The notes under the pieces are model-generated. The model was given only the letters and a program-made list of their open reading frames with translations. It had not been told where the DNA came from and did not search any database. A stretch of DNA of 64,000 nt, from the NCBI GenBank assembly GCA_051000215.1, contig JBPCON010000038.1, forward strand, positions 3,797-67,796, read 5' to 3'. This document shows, in pieces, positions 45,291 through 55,130 of this stretch (position 1 is the first letter of the stretch; every line of letters begins with the position of its first letter). The stretch is from Acidimicrobiales bacterium. Its GTDB lineage: Bacteria; Actinomycetota; Acidimicrobiia; Acidimicrobiales; JACDCH01. Made by a program: the position numbers and the translations under genes.

Positions 45291-46588
45291 CGCGGGTCCT
45301 CTTCATCAACCTCTACTACCCACCACATCACCTGGGCGGCTACGAAGCTTCGTGCGCCGATGTGGCGGTGCGGCTGGCCGAGCGAGGCCACGACGTCGCT
45401 GTGCTCACCACCGACCAGCGCCCCGATGGCGCGCTCGATCCGCCAGGCGAACGCGACGGCCCGGTGCCGGTGTGGCGCGACCTTCGCGCGTACCTGCGCA
45501 GCGACGGCGTCCTGTGGTCTCCATCACCGATCGGTCGCTGGCGCGTCGAGCGTCACAACCAGCGCGTGCTGCGCCGCGCGCTAGAAGCACAACGCCCCGA
45601 CGTCGTGTCGGTCTGGCAGTTCGGCGCGCTTTCTCTCGGCCTGCTCACGACCATCGCCGAGCGCGACATACCGGCCGTCTACGCCGTGTGCGACGACTGG
45701 CTGAGCTACTCCCTCCGCCTCGACGCGTGGCACCGTTTGATGGCGCATGTGCCGAAGCGTTTGCGACGCGTTGTTCGTGCTGTCGCGAGGGTCCCGACCA
45801 CGGTGCCCGACCTCGGGCGCACCGGGCCGTTCCTCTTCGTCAGCGAGCTCACCCGTGCGCGTTCGCGTCGCGACGCGCCATGGTCGATGGACGACACCGC
45901 GATCGTGCACAGCGGCGTTGACACGCGCGCGTTCACTTCTGCTTCGGCCCCTCCCGCCGCTGCTGGCCCTGAACGGCCATGGGGTGGACGCCTCCTCTTC
46001 GCTGGCCGCTACGACCCGCGCAAGGGGATCGAGACCGCCATCCGTGCGCTCGCTCACCTCGAGGACGAGGTGCTCGAGATCCGCGCCTCGGGGCACCCAG
46101 AGGAGCGCGCCAGGTTGGAAGGCATCGTGCGGGAGCTCGGTCTCGACGATCGCGTCGAGTTCGCGACGTCGCAACGCACCGGGCTGGCCCAGCGCTACCG
46201 GAACGCGGACGTGGTTGTCTTCCCGAGCGAGTGGGAGGAGCCCTTCGGCCTTGTGCCCCTCGAAGCCATGGCCTGCGCGACCCCGGTCGTCGCCAGCGGC
46301 GTTGGCGCGTCGCTCCCCTTCCTGGTCGATGGCGTGAACTGCGTGCGCTTCGAGCCCGGCAACCCCGCGGCCCTGGCCGGCGCCGTCCGGCGAATCGCGG
46401 CCGACGATGCGTTGCGTCGACGTCTCGTGGATACCGGCATGCGCACCGCGCAGTTCTTCGACGTCGACCGCCTGGCTGACGCGTTCGAGGCCTGGCACGG
46501 TGCCGCGGCGTCGCGGTTCAGCGCGGGCCGCCCCTCGGATCGACCCTTCTCAGCCGCCGACGTGCTCAGGATCGGGCGCGATGGCTGA
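45287..46588 (+). CDS. Glycosyltransferase family 4
   Basis: YYPPHHLGGYE, AGRYDPRKG, FPSEWEEPFGLVPLEAMACATPVV. Confidence 0.92.
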   Translation: MTRVLFINLYYPPHHLGGYEASCADVAVRLAERGHDVAVLTTDQRPDGALDPPGERDGPVPVWRDLRAYLRSDGVLWSPSPIGRWRVERHNQRVLRRALEAQRPDVVSVWQFGALSLGLLTTIAERDIPAVYAVCDDWLSYSLRLDAWHRLMAHVPKRLRRVVRAVARVPTTVPDLGRTGPFLFVSELTRARSRRDAPWSMDDTAIVHSGVDTRAFTSASAPPAAAGPERPWGGRLLFAGRYDPRKGIETAIRALAHLEDEVLEIRASGHPEERARLEGIVRELGLDDRVEFATSQRTGLAQRYRNADVVVFPSEWEEPFGLVPLEAMACATPVVASGVGASLPFLVDGVNCVRFEPGNPAALAGAVRRIAADDALRRRLVDTGMRTAQFFDVDRLADAFEAWHGAAASRFSAGRPSDRPFSAADVLRIGRDG

Positions 46589-47537
46589 CATCCGCGTCGG
46601 CATCGTCTCGTGGAACACAGCGGAGCTGCTCGATCGCTGCCTCGCGGCACTACCGGCAGCGCTCGGTGATCTCGACGCAGAGGTCGTCGTCGTCGACAAC
46701 GCTTCAAGCGACGCCAGCGCGGCTGTCGCCCGCGGTCACGACAACGTGACTGTTGTCGCGAACGCCGCGAACGAGGGCTACGCGCGGGCGATGAACCAAG
46801 CACTGGCCGCAACCGATGCTCCGGTTCTCATTGCGCTCAACCCGGACACCGAACCGCCCCCCGGTTCGCTGGCTGAGCTCGCACGACGCCTACTGGGCAA
46901 CCCGCGGGCTGGCCTCGTCGTGCCTCGTCTCGTCAACGTCGACGGATCGCCCCAGCCATCAGCGCAGCGCTTCCCCTCGCTCGGGCTCGCAGTCGTCTCG
47001 GGGTTTCTCCCGCTGCCTTGGCAGCGTGGCCGGCTCGGTCGTCGATGGTGGCTGCCTCCCGCGCCACAACCCGAACGGACGGTGGCTGTCGACTGGGCGA
47101 TCGGTGCGGTCCACGTGATCCGAGCCGAGGCCACAGCGGGTCGGGATCCGTACAGCGAGCGGTGGTTCATGTACGTCGAAGACCTGGAGCTCTGCTGGCG
47201 GTTGCACCAACAGGAGTGGGCCGTCGTGCTCGAGGCTGCTGTCGCGATCCCACATGTGGGCAACGCCAGCGGCGCGCAGGCCTGGGGCTGGACCCGCGCG
47301 CGCCGCTACTGGGCCGCGACCTACGACTTCGACTCCCAGGCCAGGAGCCGTGCGCACGCGCGAGCCTGGGCTGCGGTCAACCTCGCGGCTACCGCAGCGC
47401 ACCTCGCAGCCAATCAGCTCAGGCGCGCGCGACCGAGCGAGCGCCGCCAGAGCCACAGCGACGCAGCGGGCGAGCTACGCGCGCTACTGCCGGTGCACCT
47501 CCGAGCGATGTTGCACGGGCCCCCGCCTCCTTCGTGA
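46581..47537 (+). CDS. Glycosyltransferase family 2 (WbbL/rhamnosyltransferase-like)
   Basis: IVSWNT, VVDNASSD, NEGYARAMNQ, LNPD, DWAIGA, FMYVEDLELC. Confidence 0.88.
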   Translation: MADIRVGIVSWNTAELLDRCLAALPAALGDLDAEVVVVDNASSDASAAVARGHDNVTVVANAANEGYARAMNQALAATDAPVLIALNPDTEPPPGSLAELARRLLGNPRAGLVVPRLVNVDGSPQPSAQRFPSLGLAVVSGFLPLPWQRGRLGRRWWLPPAPQPERTVAVDWAIGAVHVIRAEATAGRDPYSERWFMYVEDLELCWRLHQQEWAVVLEAAVAIPHVGNASGAQAWGWTRARRYWAATYDFDSQARSRAHARAWAAVNLAATAAHLAANQLRRARPSERRQSHSDAAGELRALLPVHLRAMLHGPPPPS

Positions 47538-47567
47538 GGATCGGCTCCGCGGATCGGGGAGCGCAGC

Positions 47568-49298
47568 TCAGGCGTCGATGGGTTCGCACACCGCGACGAT
47601 GTACGCCCCGAGGGGCCCCGGCCGGTCGAAGCGGGCGAGCGCCGATAACAACGATCGGGGCGTCATGTTGGGGTAGATGGCTCCCTGAGGCTCGGCTGCG
47701 ACCAGCCGAAGACCCGCCTCACCCACGAGGTTTCGGAGGAACCTCATGTCGAATTGCAGGCCACGCCACTCGGATCGGGTCGCCGCCATGAACGCCGACA
47801 TCGGGAGATGCCAGCGATTGGGCTCGATGAGTAGGAGACGGTCTCGACAGACGCGACGCATCTCACTCAGAACGGCGACCGGGTCACTCACATGGTGCAG
47901 GAAGTTGCTCTCTACGACCACGTCGAACTGCCCGTCGCGGAACGGCAGCTGCGCAGCATCACCCTCGAGCATGGGGTTCTCACATGGGCTGCGCGCCAAC
48001 AGGTTGCGCGAGAAGTCGATGCCGACCACGAGCCCGGCGCGCTCGTTGAGGTGCCATGTCACCGTGCCGTTGCCGGCGCCGACGTCGAGAACGGACGTCG
48101 TCTCATCGATGTGGAGGTGCTGCGCTGCCCAGTCGAGTTTGGGGACTGCGAACGCGGTGGGCCCCGGGTCGCGGGGGTCGAGGAAGCGCTCCTTGCGCTC
48201 CCAATACCGCTGCTGCCGCGCGCGGAACTCGTCGGGGTCACCAGATCGACCCTCGACCGGCGGTTCGGCGACCGCTTCGATGCTGCGGACCCCAAAGCGG
48301 CCGAGGCTGCCCGGGTGGCTTCGGCGCACGCTGACGGAGGGCAAGCTGCGGTCGTCCTCGATCGGCATGCCCGTCTTGCGGGCGTAGATGCACATCTTGG
48401 TGTGCGGGTCGATGTCGATGACCCTGTCGGCGACACCGAAGCGGTCGAGGGCCTGCTCCACCCGCGAGAAGATCGGCTCGGAGTAGAAGCGGAGGTCGGC
48501 GAGCATGTTGCGGACGGTCGAGATCTTGCCGATCGAGTGCCACTCATATGCGGTGAAGCCCGAGAGGGCGAGTAGCTGGGCCATTCCTCTCACCGTGAAG
48601 AACTGGAGGTGCTCGGGCGCCCGTTTCATCTCCAGCCACCCCGCGCCGAGAGCGCGTGAGACGAGCGCGCCGGCATCAGGGGTGACCAACACGAGCAGCC
48701 CACCGGGACGCAGGAGCCGCCAGACATCTGAGAGCTCTTCGCGCGGGTCAGCGAGGTGCTCGATGACGTCGAACATCGTGATGCAGTCGAAGGATCCATC
48801 CGCGAAGTCGACGTCGCGCACAGTGGCGCACTGGACGTGGTCGCTGATGTTCTCCTGCGCCCACTTGACGGCGTGCCCGTTGAGGTCGATGCCCCAGGCA
48901 TCCCAGCCGGCGGCCGCTGCCACCTCGACGAACAAGCCCATCCCGCAGCCGATGTCGAGGAGCGACCCCTTCCACTCGTGGCGCTCGATCTGCTCGAGCA
49001 CCTGCGCGAGTCGCAGTTGGATGTTGCGGCGATCGCGGAGATAGTCGGCGTAGCCGAAGTAGGCGTCGTGGTCGGTCGCCTGAAACGCGGGGTTCTCGAA
49101 GTAGTCCTCGCTGTAGATCTCGACGACTTCCTCCATAAAGGGTCGCGGCGACACGTAGAGGTGCTTGCAGCTGGTGCAGCGAACGATGTGGTGCCCGTCG
49201 ACCACGTAGGCGGGCCGCGAGTGCGACGTGCGACAGATCGTGCACGAGGACTCGACGGTCGACGACCAGCGGCCGCCGGTAGAGTTGCGGTCGGGCAT
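47568..49298 (-). CDS. Fusion of two class I SAM methyltransferase domains with an N-terminal Cys4 motif
   Basis: CTIC...CTSC, LLDIGCGMG, FDVIEHL, EHLQFF; second domain VLDVGAGNG, DAAQLPF, FLHHV. Confidence 0.85.
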   Translation of the reverse strand: MPDRNSTGGRWSSTVESSCTICRTSHSRPAYVVDGHHIVRCTSCKHLYVSPRPFMEEVVEIYSEDYFENPAFQATDHDAYFGYADYLRDRRNIQLRLAQVLEQIERHEWKGSLLDIGCGMGLFVEVAAAAGWDAWGIDLNGHAVKWAQENISDHVQCATVRDVDFADGSFDCITMFDVIEHLADPREELSDVWRLLRPGGLLVLVTPDAGALVSRALGAGWLEMKRAPEHLQFFTVRGMAQLLALSGFTAYEWHSIGKISTVRNMLADLRFYSEPIFSRVEQALDRFGVADRVIDIDPHTKMCIYARKTGMPIEDDRSLPSVSVRRSHPGSLGRFGVRSIEAVAEPPVEGRSGDPDEFRARQQRYWERKERFLDPRDPGPTAFAVPKLDWAAQHLHIDETTSVLDVGAGNGTVTWHLNERAGLVVGIDFSRNLLARSPCENPMLEGDAAQLPFRDGQFDVVVESNFLHHVSDPVAVLSEMRRVCRDRLLLIEPNRWHLPMSAFMAATRSEWRGLQFDMRFLRNLVGEAGLRLVAAEPQGAIYPNMTPRSLLSALARFDRPGPLGAYIVAVCEPIDA

Positions 49299-49358
49299 GG
49301 TCGCAGTCTCGCATCTCGAAGTCGTCGCCCCGCCTGTGCGCCCTGACGGTCGGCAAGG

Positions 49359-50789
49359 ATGGGCGGCGTGAACCGCATGGAGGATGGCCCGGCCTCTGGT
49401 GAGCTTGCCGAGGACACCCCGGTCGAGCGAATCCGACCAGCGACGCGCCGGGGGTGGTGGGTGGTCGTGGCGATCCTGTCGCTCGCGCTGGCCCTGCGCG
49501 TTGGCGAGGTCGCACACATCAGCGCCGGCTACGTGCCGAAGAACGATGCGGCGGACTACGACAACATCGCATCCACCCTCGCCCAACTGCACCATCTCCC
49601 GAGCACGGTGATCCCAGGTGCCGAGGGCCCGAGCGCGTTTCGTGCGCCGCTGTACCCCTTGGTACTGGCCAGCGTCTACCAGGTCGTCGGCGGCCACAGC
49701 TGGACGTGGGGACTGCTGCAGCAGGCACTCATCGGATCAGCGCTCGTGGCGATGATCGGGGTGATGGGCGCCCAGCTCTTCGGTCGTAGGGTCGGGGCAA
49801 CAGCGATGGCGCTCGCCGCGGTGCACCCGACGATGATCCTCTTCGGCAGCTCGCTGCAGCTGGAGCCGCTCCTCGCCCTGCTCGAGCTGGCGACCATCGC
49901 CGCGGCGCTGCAGCACCGCCGCGCGCCGCTGGGGTGGCGATGGCCGGTGGCGAGCGGCGCGCTGCTCGGGCTCACCATCCTGACGCGCGAGATCGGCATC
50001 TGGCTCCTTCCCGTCGTTGTCGTGCTCTTGTGGGCACCTCGCGTGAAGGAAAGCGCTCGGTTGTGGCGCTTCGGGCCCGTGCTCGCAGTTGGCGTCGCTG
50101 TAGCGGTCGTTGCGCCATGGACCGTGCGCAACGCGATCGAGCTTCATGCACTGGTGCCCGTGACCACGACGAGCGGGGTGGTCTTGGCTGGCGTTTACGA
50201 CGAGACGTCGCGCGCGAACACCCTCGACCCCGCGCTCTGGGTGCCCCCCTGGTTCGACCCTGGGATGGCACAGGTCATCCTCCGCGATCCGCATCGCGAC
50301 GAGGCGCAGCTCGACAAGGCGCTACGAAGCGCGGCGATCGACTTCGCGAAGGACAACCCGCGCTACGTGCCCAAGGTCTTCTTCTGGAACACGGTTCGGC
50401 TCTTCGACCTCCAGGGCACCCGAGACGCCGAGTACATCTCGCAGTTCATCCCCTACCCCACAGGCCTCACCAAGCTCTCGGTGTACAGCTCCTACCTCGT
50501 GTACGTGCTGGCCATCGCAGGTGCGCTGCTGGGCGCGGCCCGCGGCGCGCCGAAGGTGGTCTGGCTCTTCCCTGTGCTGGTGTGGCTCAACCTTGCTCTG
50601 CTGTCGGGCAACATCCGCTACCGCTCGTCGATCGAGCCCTTCCTCCTCCTGCTTGCGGCGGCGACCGTCGCAGCGGTCCATCAGCGGATCAGGACCGTTC
50701 CAATTCCGCGCGACCGCGCCGACTCGACGGGCGCCGATCATCCCGATGCCATGCTGACGAGCTCGGCGCGTACTTCGGGGCGTGGGTGA
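49359..50789 (+). CDS. GT-C membrane glycosyltransferase (ArnT/PMT-like)
   Basis: NDAADY first-loop acidic motif, FRAPLYP, EPLL, PWTVRN, multiple TM helices, RYRSSIEP. Confidence 0.75.
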   Translation: MGGVNRMEDGPASGELAEDTPVERIRPATRRGWWVVVAILSLALALRVGEVAHISAGYVPKNDAADYDNIASTLAQLHHLPSTVIPGAEGPSAFRAPLYPLVLASVYQVVGGHSWTWGLLQQALIGSALVAMIGVMGAQLFGRRVGATAMALAAVHPTMILFGSSLQLEPLLALLELATIAAALQHRRAPLGWRWPVASGALLGLTILTREIGIWLLPVVVVLLWAPRVKESARLWRFGPVLAVGVAVAVVAPWTVRNAIELHALVPVTTTSGVVLAGVYDETSRANTLDPALWVPPWFDPGMAQVILRDPHRDEAQLDKALRSAAIDFAKDNPRYVPKVFFWNTVRLFDLQGTRDAEYISQFIPYPTGLTKLSVYSSYLVYVLAIAGALLGAARGAPKVVWLFPVLVWLNLALLSGNIRYRSSIEPFLLLLAAATVAAVHQRIRTVPIPRDRADSTGADHPDAMLTSSARTSGRG

Positions 50790-50922
50790 TCGGGTCGCCG
50801 TGGGCGTTGCTGGCCTGTGCTGCGTTCGACGAACGGCGTGCGATCATGGGCGCGAAGACATCGGCCATGCTCGTGATCGCCCGCAAGGCATCCGACGGGG
50901 CCGCGAGCGAGGAGACAAGAAG

Positions 50923-51624
50923 GTGAACGAGGCACAGCTCCTGACGATCGTGATGCCGGTGTACAACGAGGCGTCGACGTTGCGGCTGGCCGTGAAGCGC
51001 CTCCTCGAGACGGAGCTGCCGATCGCAGTCGATCTGCTCGTCGTCGACGACGGCTCGACGGACGGTTCGCTGGAGACGATCGAGGACTACGAGACGCAGG
51101 GGGCCGTGCGGGTCGTTCGCCACGGTCACAACCAGGGCAAGGGCGCGGCCGTGCGTACGGGCATCGCCGAGGCACGAGGGAACCTGCTCACGATCCTCGA
51201 CGCCGACCTCGAGTACGACCCAGCCGACTACAACCAGCTTCTCGAGCTGCTTCTCACCGGGGAGGCCAGAGTCGCGTACGGCACCCGCAGCTTCGGCGCG
51301 CACACCGCATACTCGTTCTGGCACGTCGTCGGAAACAAAGGCGTCACGCTCATCGCCAGCTTCCTCTTCAACGCCTGGCTCACCGATCTCGAGACCTGCC
51401 TGAAGATCGCCGACACCGAGCTGTGGCGCGAGGCCGATCTGCGTTCGAACGGGTTCGGCATGGAGGCCGAGATCACCGCCAAGCTGCTCCGGCGCGGCGA
51501 GCGCATCGCCGAGGCCCCGATCAGCTACCGCGCCCGCGGCCGAGACGACGGCAAGAAGCTGCACTGGACCGACGGCGTCGTCGCCGTGTGGATCCTCACT
51601 CGGGTTCGGGTGCTGGGTCGCTGA
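50923..51624 (+). CDS. GT2 polyprenol-phosphate glycosyltransferase (Dpm1/Ppm1-like)
   Basis: VMPVYNE, VVDDGSTDG, NQGKGAAVR, LDADLEYDP, DLETCLK, FGMEAEIT, GKKLHWTDG. Confidence 0.88.
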   Translation: MNEAQLLTIVMPVYNEASTLRLAVKRLLETELPIAVDLLVVDDGSTDGSLETIEDYETQGAVRVVRHGHNQGKGAAVRTGIAEARGNLLTILDADLEYDPADYNQLLELLLTGEARVAYGTRSFGAHTAYSFWHVVGNKGVTLIASFLFNAWLTDLETCLKIADTELWREADLRSNGFGMEAEITAKLLRRGERIAEAPISYRARGRDDGKKLHWTDGVVAVWILTRVRVLGR

Positions 51625-52708
51625 ACGACCCACCGGCGTAGAGAGCCTCACAGCTCGGGGCGAGCCCTTGGTCCCAGTCGAAGCGTGTGGCCGACGCTCG
51701 GCAACGAGCCACGGTGTCGGGGCGCCGCGCGAGACGCAGCGCGCGAAGGCATGCCGCGGCCAGACCCTGCGGATCGTTCGGCTCGCACACCTCCCCGTTC
51801 ACCCCCTCGGTGACGAGCTCCTTCGGCGCGCCGTCGCTCGAGACGACCAAGGGCGTTCCGCAGGCCAACGACTCGATGAGCGCCATGCCGAAGGAATCCG
51901 AGACCGACGGCAGGCAGGTGGCCCACGCTGTCGCGTAACGCTCAGCTTGACCGTCGGCCCGGCCCGGACCGAGCAGGTCGGTGCGGGCCAGAGCCTCGGG
52001 CGGCGCCGCGTCGAGGAACGCCGCCGGGTCTCCGGGGCCCGACAGGCCGAGGCGGATCTCGGGCTCGACCTCAGCGATGAGCGGCAGCGCTGCGAGCAAT
52101 GTGGCGATGCCTTTGCGGGGCTCGCTCAGCGCGCCCGAAAACAACAGCGTGGGCTTCGGCGAGCGCGCCGGCGCGGGTCGGAACTCCTCGAGGTCGACCC
52201 CCCCGGGTACGACGACCCCATCGCTGCGGGCGTAGTCACGCTCGAGGTACCCCAGCGCGTACCGCGACATGCAGGAATAGACATCGATGCCGCGCACGAC
52301 CTTGTCGACGACGGCAGCCTCCTTGCCCATCTTCGACCAGAACGCCCGGCTGGGGAGCCCGAGGTCCGTGATCACCGTACGGCGTCTCGGGTGCAGGCGC
52401 GCAGCTCTGATCGACGCGAGCGCGTCGCGTCGCCCCATCGAGTGGACCACGTGGTAGCGCCCTGCGACGAGCCGGGGGAGCGCGCGTCGCGCGAAGTCAG
52501 CCTCGTGCGCGAGATCGTTGTGTCGGAGACGGCGCAAGCGCACCGTGCGCACACCGTCGAGCTCGTCGTCGGTGGGCTCCCATCCAGACGACAGGATCGA
52601 CACGTCGTGTCCGCGTCTCACGAGGGCGGCTCCGAGCGACTGGGTGAAGCGCTCAGCTCCCCGGCGCACCTCGGGCCAGCAGAACGCATGGGTGAACAGG
52701 ATCCGCAC
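51596..52708 (-). CDS. Glycosyltransferase family 4
   Basis: RRGAERF, VPGGVD, EPRKG, PSVSDSFGMALIESLACGTP. Confidence 0.9.
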   Translation of the reverse strand: MRILFTHAFCWPEVRRGAERFTQSLGAALVRRGHDVSILSSGWEPTDDELDGVRTVRLRRLRHNDLAHEADFARRALPRLVAGRYHVVHSMGRRDALASIRAARLHPRRRTVITDLGLPSRAFWSKMGKEAAVVDKVVRGIDVYSCMSRYALGYLERDYARSDGVVVPGGVDLEEFRPAPARSPKPTLLFSGALSEPRKGIATLLAALPLIAEVEPEIRLGLSGPGDPAAFLDAAPPEALARTDLLGPGRADGQAERYATAWATCLPSVSDSFGMALIESLACGTPLVVSSDGAPKELVTEGVNGEVCEPNDPQGLAAACLRALRLARRPDTVARCRASATRFDWDQGLAPSCEALYAGGSFSDPAPEPE

Positions 52709-52743
52709 GGCGCCGGATCGTACGGCGTCTACCCTCGCACCTG

Positions 52744-53343
52744 ATGACAAGACGGGCGCGACCAGCACGACCCGAGCGCTCTCTCCTCGACGCCGGCATC
52801 TGGCCAAACGTCCGGGGCAAGCGCTGCTTGCACGTCGCTGCTGTCGGCGACCCCGCCGCGCGCCCGATGCTCGAGGCGCTTCAGCAGCGAGGCGCGGCCG
52901 AGGCGGTCAACGTCGTGCTGCGCGACGCCGAAGAGGTCGAGGCCGAGGGCGTGTTCGACGTGGTCGTCGCGACAAGGGTCCTGCACTTCTCCTGCGCCCC
53001 AACGAAGCTGGTGGCAGCCTTGCGCGACGTGACGCGGGGCGTGCTCCTGTCCACGGAGCCGATCGACCTGTGGCTGTCCTTGCTTGCTCGTGGGCGCCCG
53101 GTCAGCCGTCTGGAAGGCTCGGGCGCGCAGCTGACGCTCGGGTTCAACGGCGCCGGGCACCGGCACCTGCTCGAAGGCGGCGGGTTCGCGATCGAGCGGG
53201 TGTCCAAGCCGTTCGTCGTGCCCGAGGCGGCGGATCACAGCTGGGCTGGCGCGCTCGCGACTCGGCTGCTCACCGGCGCGACCGAGGAGGGCACCGTGCA
53301 CCGCGCCCTGCTGGCGCGCCCGCTCGTGCCTGCTACAGCGTGA
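52744..53343 (+). CDS. Degenerate paralog of the CmoB/DUF1698-like methyltransferases at 55127 and 55966
   Basis: Shares RGKRCL, RGAAE, FDVVV, LLS, RGRP, HLL..GGF.I.R, HR.L.A.P, but the SAM motif DIGTWDG is replaced by HVAAVGD. Confidence 0.6.
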   Translation: MTRRARPARPERSLLDAGIWPNVRGKRCLHVAAVGDPAARPMLEALQQRGAAEAVNVVLRDAEEVEAEGVFDVVVATRVLHFSCAPTKLVAALRDVTRGVLLSTEPIDLWLSLLARGRPVSRLEGSGAQLTLGFNGAGHRHLLEGGGFAIERVSKPFVVPEAADHSWAGALATRLLTGATEEGTVHRALLARPLVPATA

Positions 53344-54328
53344 CCGACCGCGCTCGTAGGCTGCCGACGGCGAGCGCAGCAGCCGTAACGGCGTCGACTG
53401 CCATCTCGGCTGGGAGCACAGCGAGCTTCCTTCGCCACGGCAGCGCGGATCGCCGCAGCTCGAGCAGGCGGAGCGCGACCCAGGCCGTGATCGAAACTGC
53501 CGCGAGTCTCGGCCGCCGGACGGCCAGCGTCGCCACCGTGAGGTACACGGGCAAGCGCGTCCTGCGGCCGAGCTGCCACCGCCATCGCAGCAGCGTCTCG
53601 CGCAGCTCGGGCACCTCCTTCACGAGCGCGGGGAAGGCCGCGACCCGAGCGGTGCGGCTCAGCAGCTCCAGGGTGTCGTCGGGGGCGAACACCGCGTGGT
53701 GCACGAGCGCGTCGGGGGCGTACGCAACGGCGCCGCCGTCGCGGATCACCCGCCAGGCAGCGAGCGTGTCCTCCCCGAAGCCGTCGCCCTTCGTTCGCTG
53801 GTCAGGCCTGAAGCCCCACCGCTCTCCCGCTGCCTGGTCGAACCCGCCAACGCGCAGCAACGCGTCGCGGCGGTACAGGATGTTGCAGGTCGGGTAGAGG
53901 CCCTCGAGCCCCGAGCCCATGCTCCGCTCGAGAGGCAGGAGGGGCCTGGCGGGGACCGTCCGTCCGTTGACCACGTCGGCGCCTGCGTCGATGGCGGCGA
54001 TCGCCGCCTCGAGCCATGAGGGGCAGGGCGCGCAGTCGGAGTCGGTGAACGCGAGGATGCTGCCCTGGGCAGCGTCGATGCCGATCGTGCGTGCGTGCAC
54101 GGCTCCCCCCCCAGCGCCGTCGAGGACGCGCACAGGTCGCCCTTTGACGTGACGCTCGGCAGCTGCCGAGCCGGACCCGTCGGAGGATCCGTCGTCGACG
54201 ACGACGACCTCGAAGTCGTCGAACGTCTGGGCTGCGAGGGCGTCGAGCGCGAGGCCCAGGAGCACGCGGCGGTCCTTGACGGGGACAACCACGCTTACAC
54301 GCGGCGGAGGCCGCTCGGTCGTGCTCAC
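53333..54328 (-). CDS. Glycosyltransferase family 2
   Basis: VVVPVKDR, VVDDGSSD, FTDSDC, PTCNILY, GGFD, GED. Confidence 0.9.
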   Translation of the reverse strand: MSTTERPPPRVSVVVPVKDRRVLLGLALDALAAQTFDDFEVVVVDDGSSDGSGSAAAERHVKGRPVRVLDGAGGGAVHARTIGIDAAQGSILAFTDSDCAPCPSWLEAAIAAIDAGADVVNGRTVPARPLLPLERSMGSGLEGLYPTCNILYRRDALLRVGGFDQAAGERWGFRPDQRTKGDGFGEDTLAAWRVIRDGGAVAYAPDALVHHAVFAPDDTLELLSRTARVAAFPALVKEVPELRETLLRWRWQLGRRTRLPVYLTVATLAVRRPRLAAVSITAWVALRLLELRRSALPWRRKLAVLPAEMAVDAVTAAALAVGSLRARSVTL

Positions 54329-54392
54329 GAGCAGGCGAGCGTAGGCGCGGGAGTTCGGCGCCGACTGGCGGGGCCGGTAACGTCGAGCCTCC

Positions 54393-55130
54393 GTGGACCA
54401 GGCCAAGCAGGAGACCAGCGCGCGGATGCGGCGCTTCTGGGACGAGCGAGCGCGCGAGAACGCGGCGTGGTACGTCGACACCAGCCTGAGCTACGACCAG
54501 CCCGACATGGAGCAGTTCTTCGCCACGGGCACACGCATTGTCGAGGAGGCTCTCCTCCGCGCACCGGTGAAGCCCGAGCGCACCGAGATCGCCGTTGACC
54601 TCGGCTGCGGCCTCGGGCGCATCACCGCGGCCCTGGCCGTGCACTTCGACCACGTGATCGGCGTCGACGTCTCAGCGGAGATGCTCGCCAAGGCCAGGGC
54701 GCACGTGAGCGATGAGCGCGTCGAGTTCATGGAAGGCGACGGCGTCGGCTTGCAGCCGATCGCCGATGCAAGCGTCGACTTCGTGACGAGCTTCACCGTG
54801 TTGCAGCACCTGCCCGAGCCCGATCTGGTGCTCGGCTACCTGCGTGAAGGCGCGCGTGTGCTTCGCCCGGGCGGAGTGCTCGCGGTGCAGTGGAACAACC
54901 TGCCCCACCCCACCATGTGGCGGGCGAAGGGCATGTGGTGGCGGATGCGCCAGCGCCTCGGGCTGGGCATGAAGGACGAGCAGCGCAACGCTCGGGAGTT
55001 CATCGGCAGCCGGGTGCCGTGGGGCCCGATCGATTCGACACTGCGCGGGGAAGGCCTCGAGGTGGTCGGTCGCAAGGGCGAGCGAACGCTGTTCTCATGG
55101 GTTTGGGCCGTGAAGCCTGAGCGCGCGTGA
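54393..55130 (+). CDS. Class I SAM-dependent methyltransferase
   Basis: FWDERA, VDLGCGLGR, IGVDVSAEM, VLQHL, RVLRPGG. Confidence 0.88.
   Translation: MDQAKQETSARMRRFWDERARENAAWYVDTSLSYDQPDMEQFFATGTRIVEEALLRAPVKPERTEIAVDLGCGLGRITAALAVHFDHVIGVDVSAEMLAKARAHVSDERVEFMEGDGVGLQPIADASVDFVTSFTVLQHLPEPDLVLGYLREGARVLRPGGVLAVQWNNLPHPTMWRAKGMWWRMRQRLGLGMKDEQRNAREFIGSRVPWGPIDSTLRGEGLEVVGRKGERTLFSWVWAVKPERA

Noticed and set aside
50790-50922. 133-bp intergenic region with a CATGG/CCATG hairpin as a candidate ncRNA
   Set aside because: The stem is weak and GC-driven, and no RNA family motif was recognisable.
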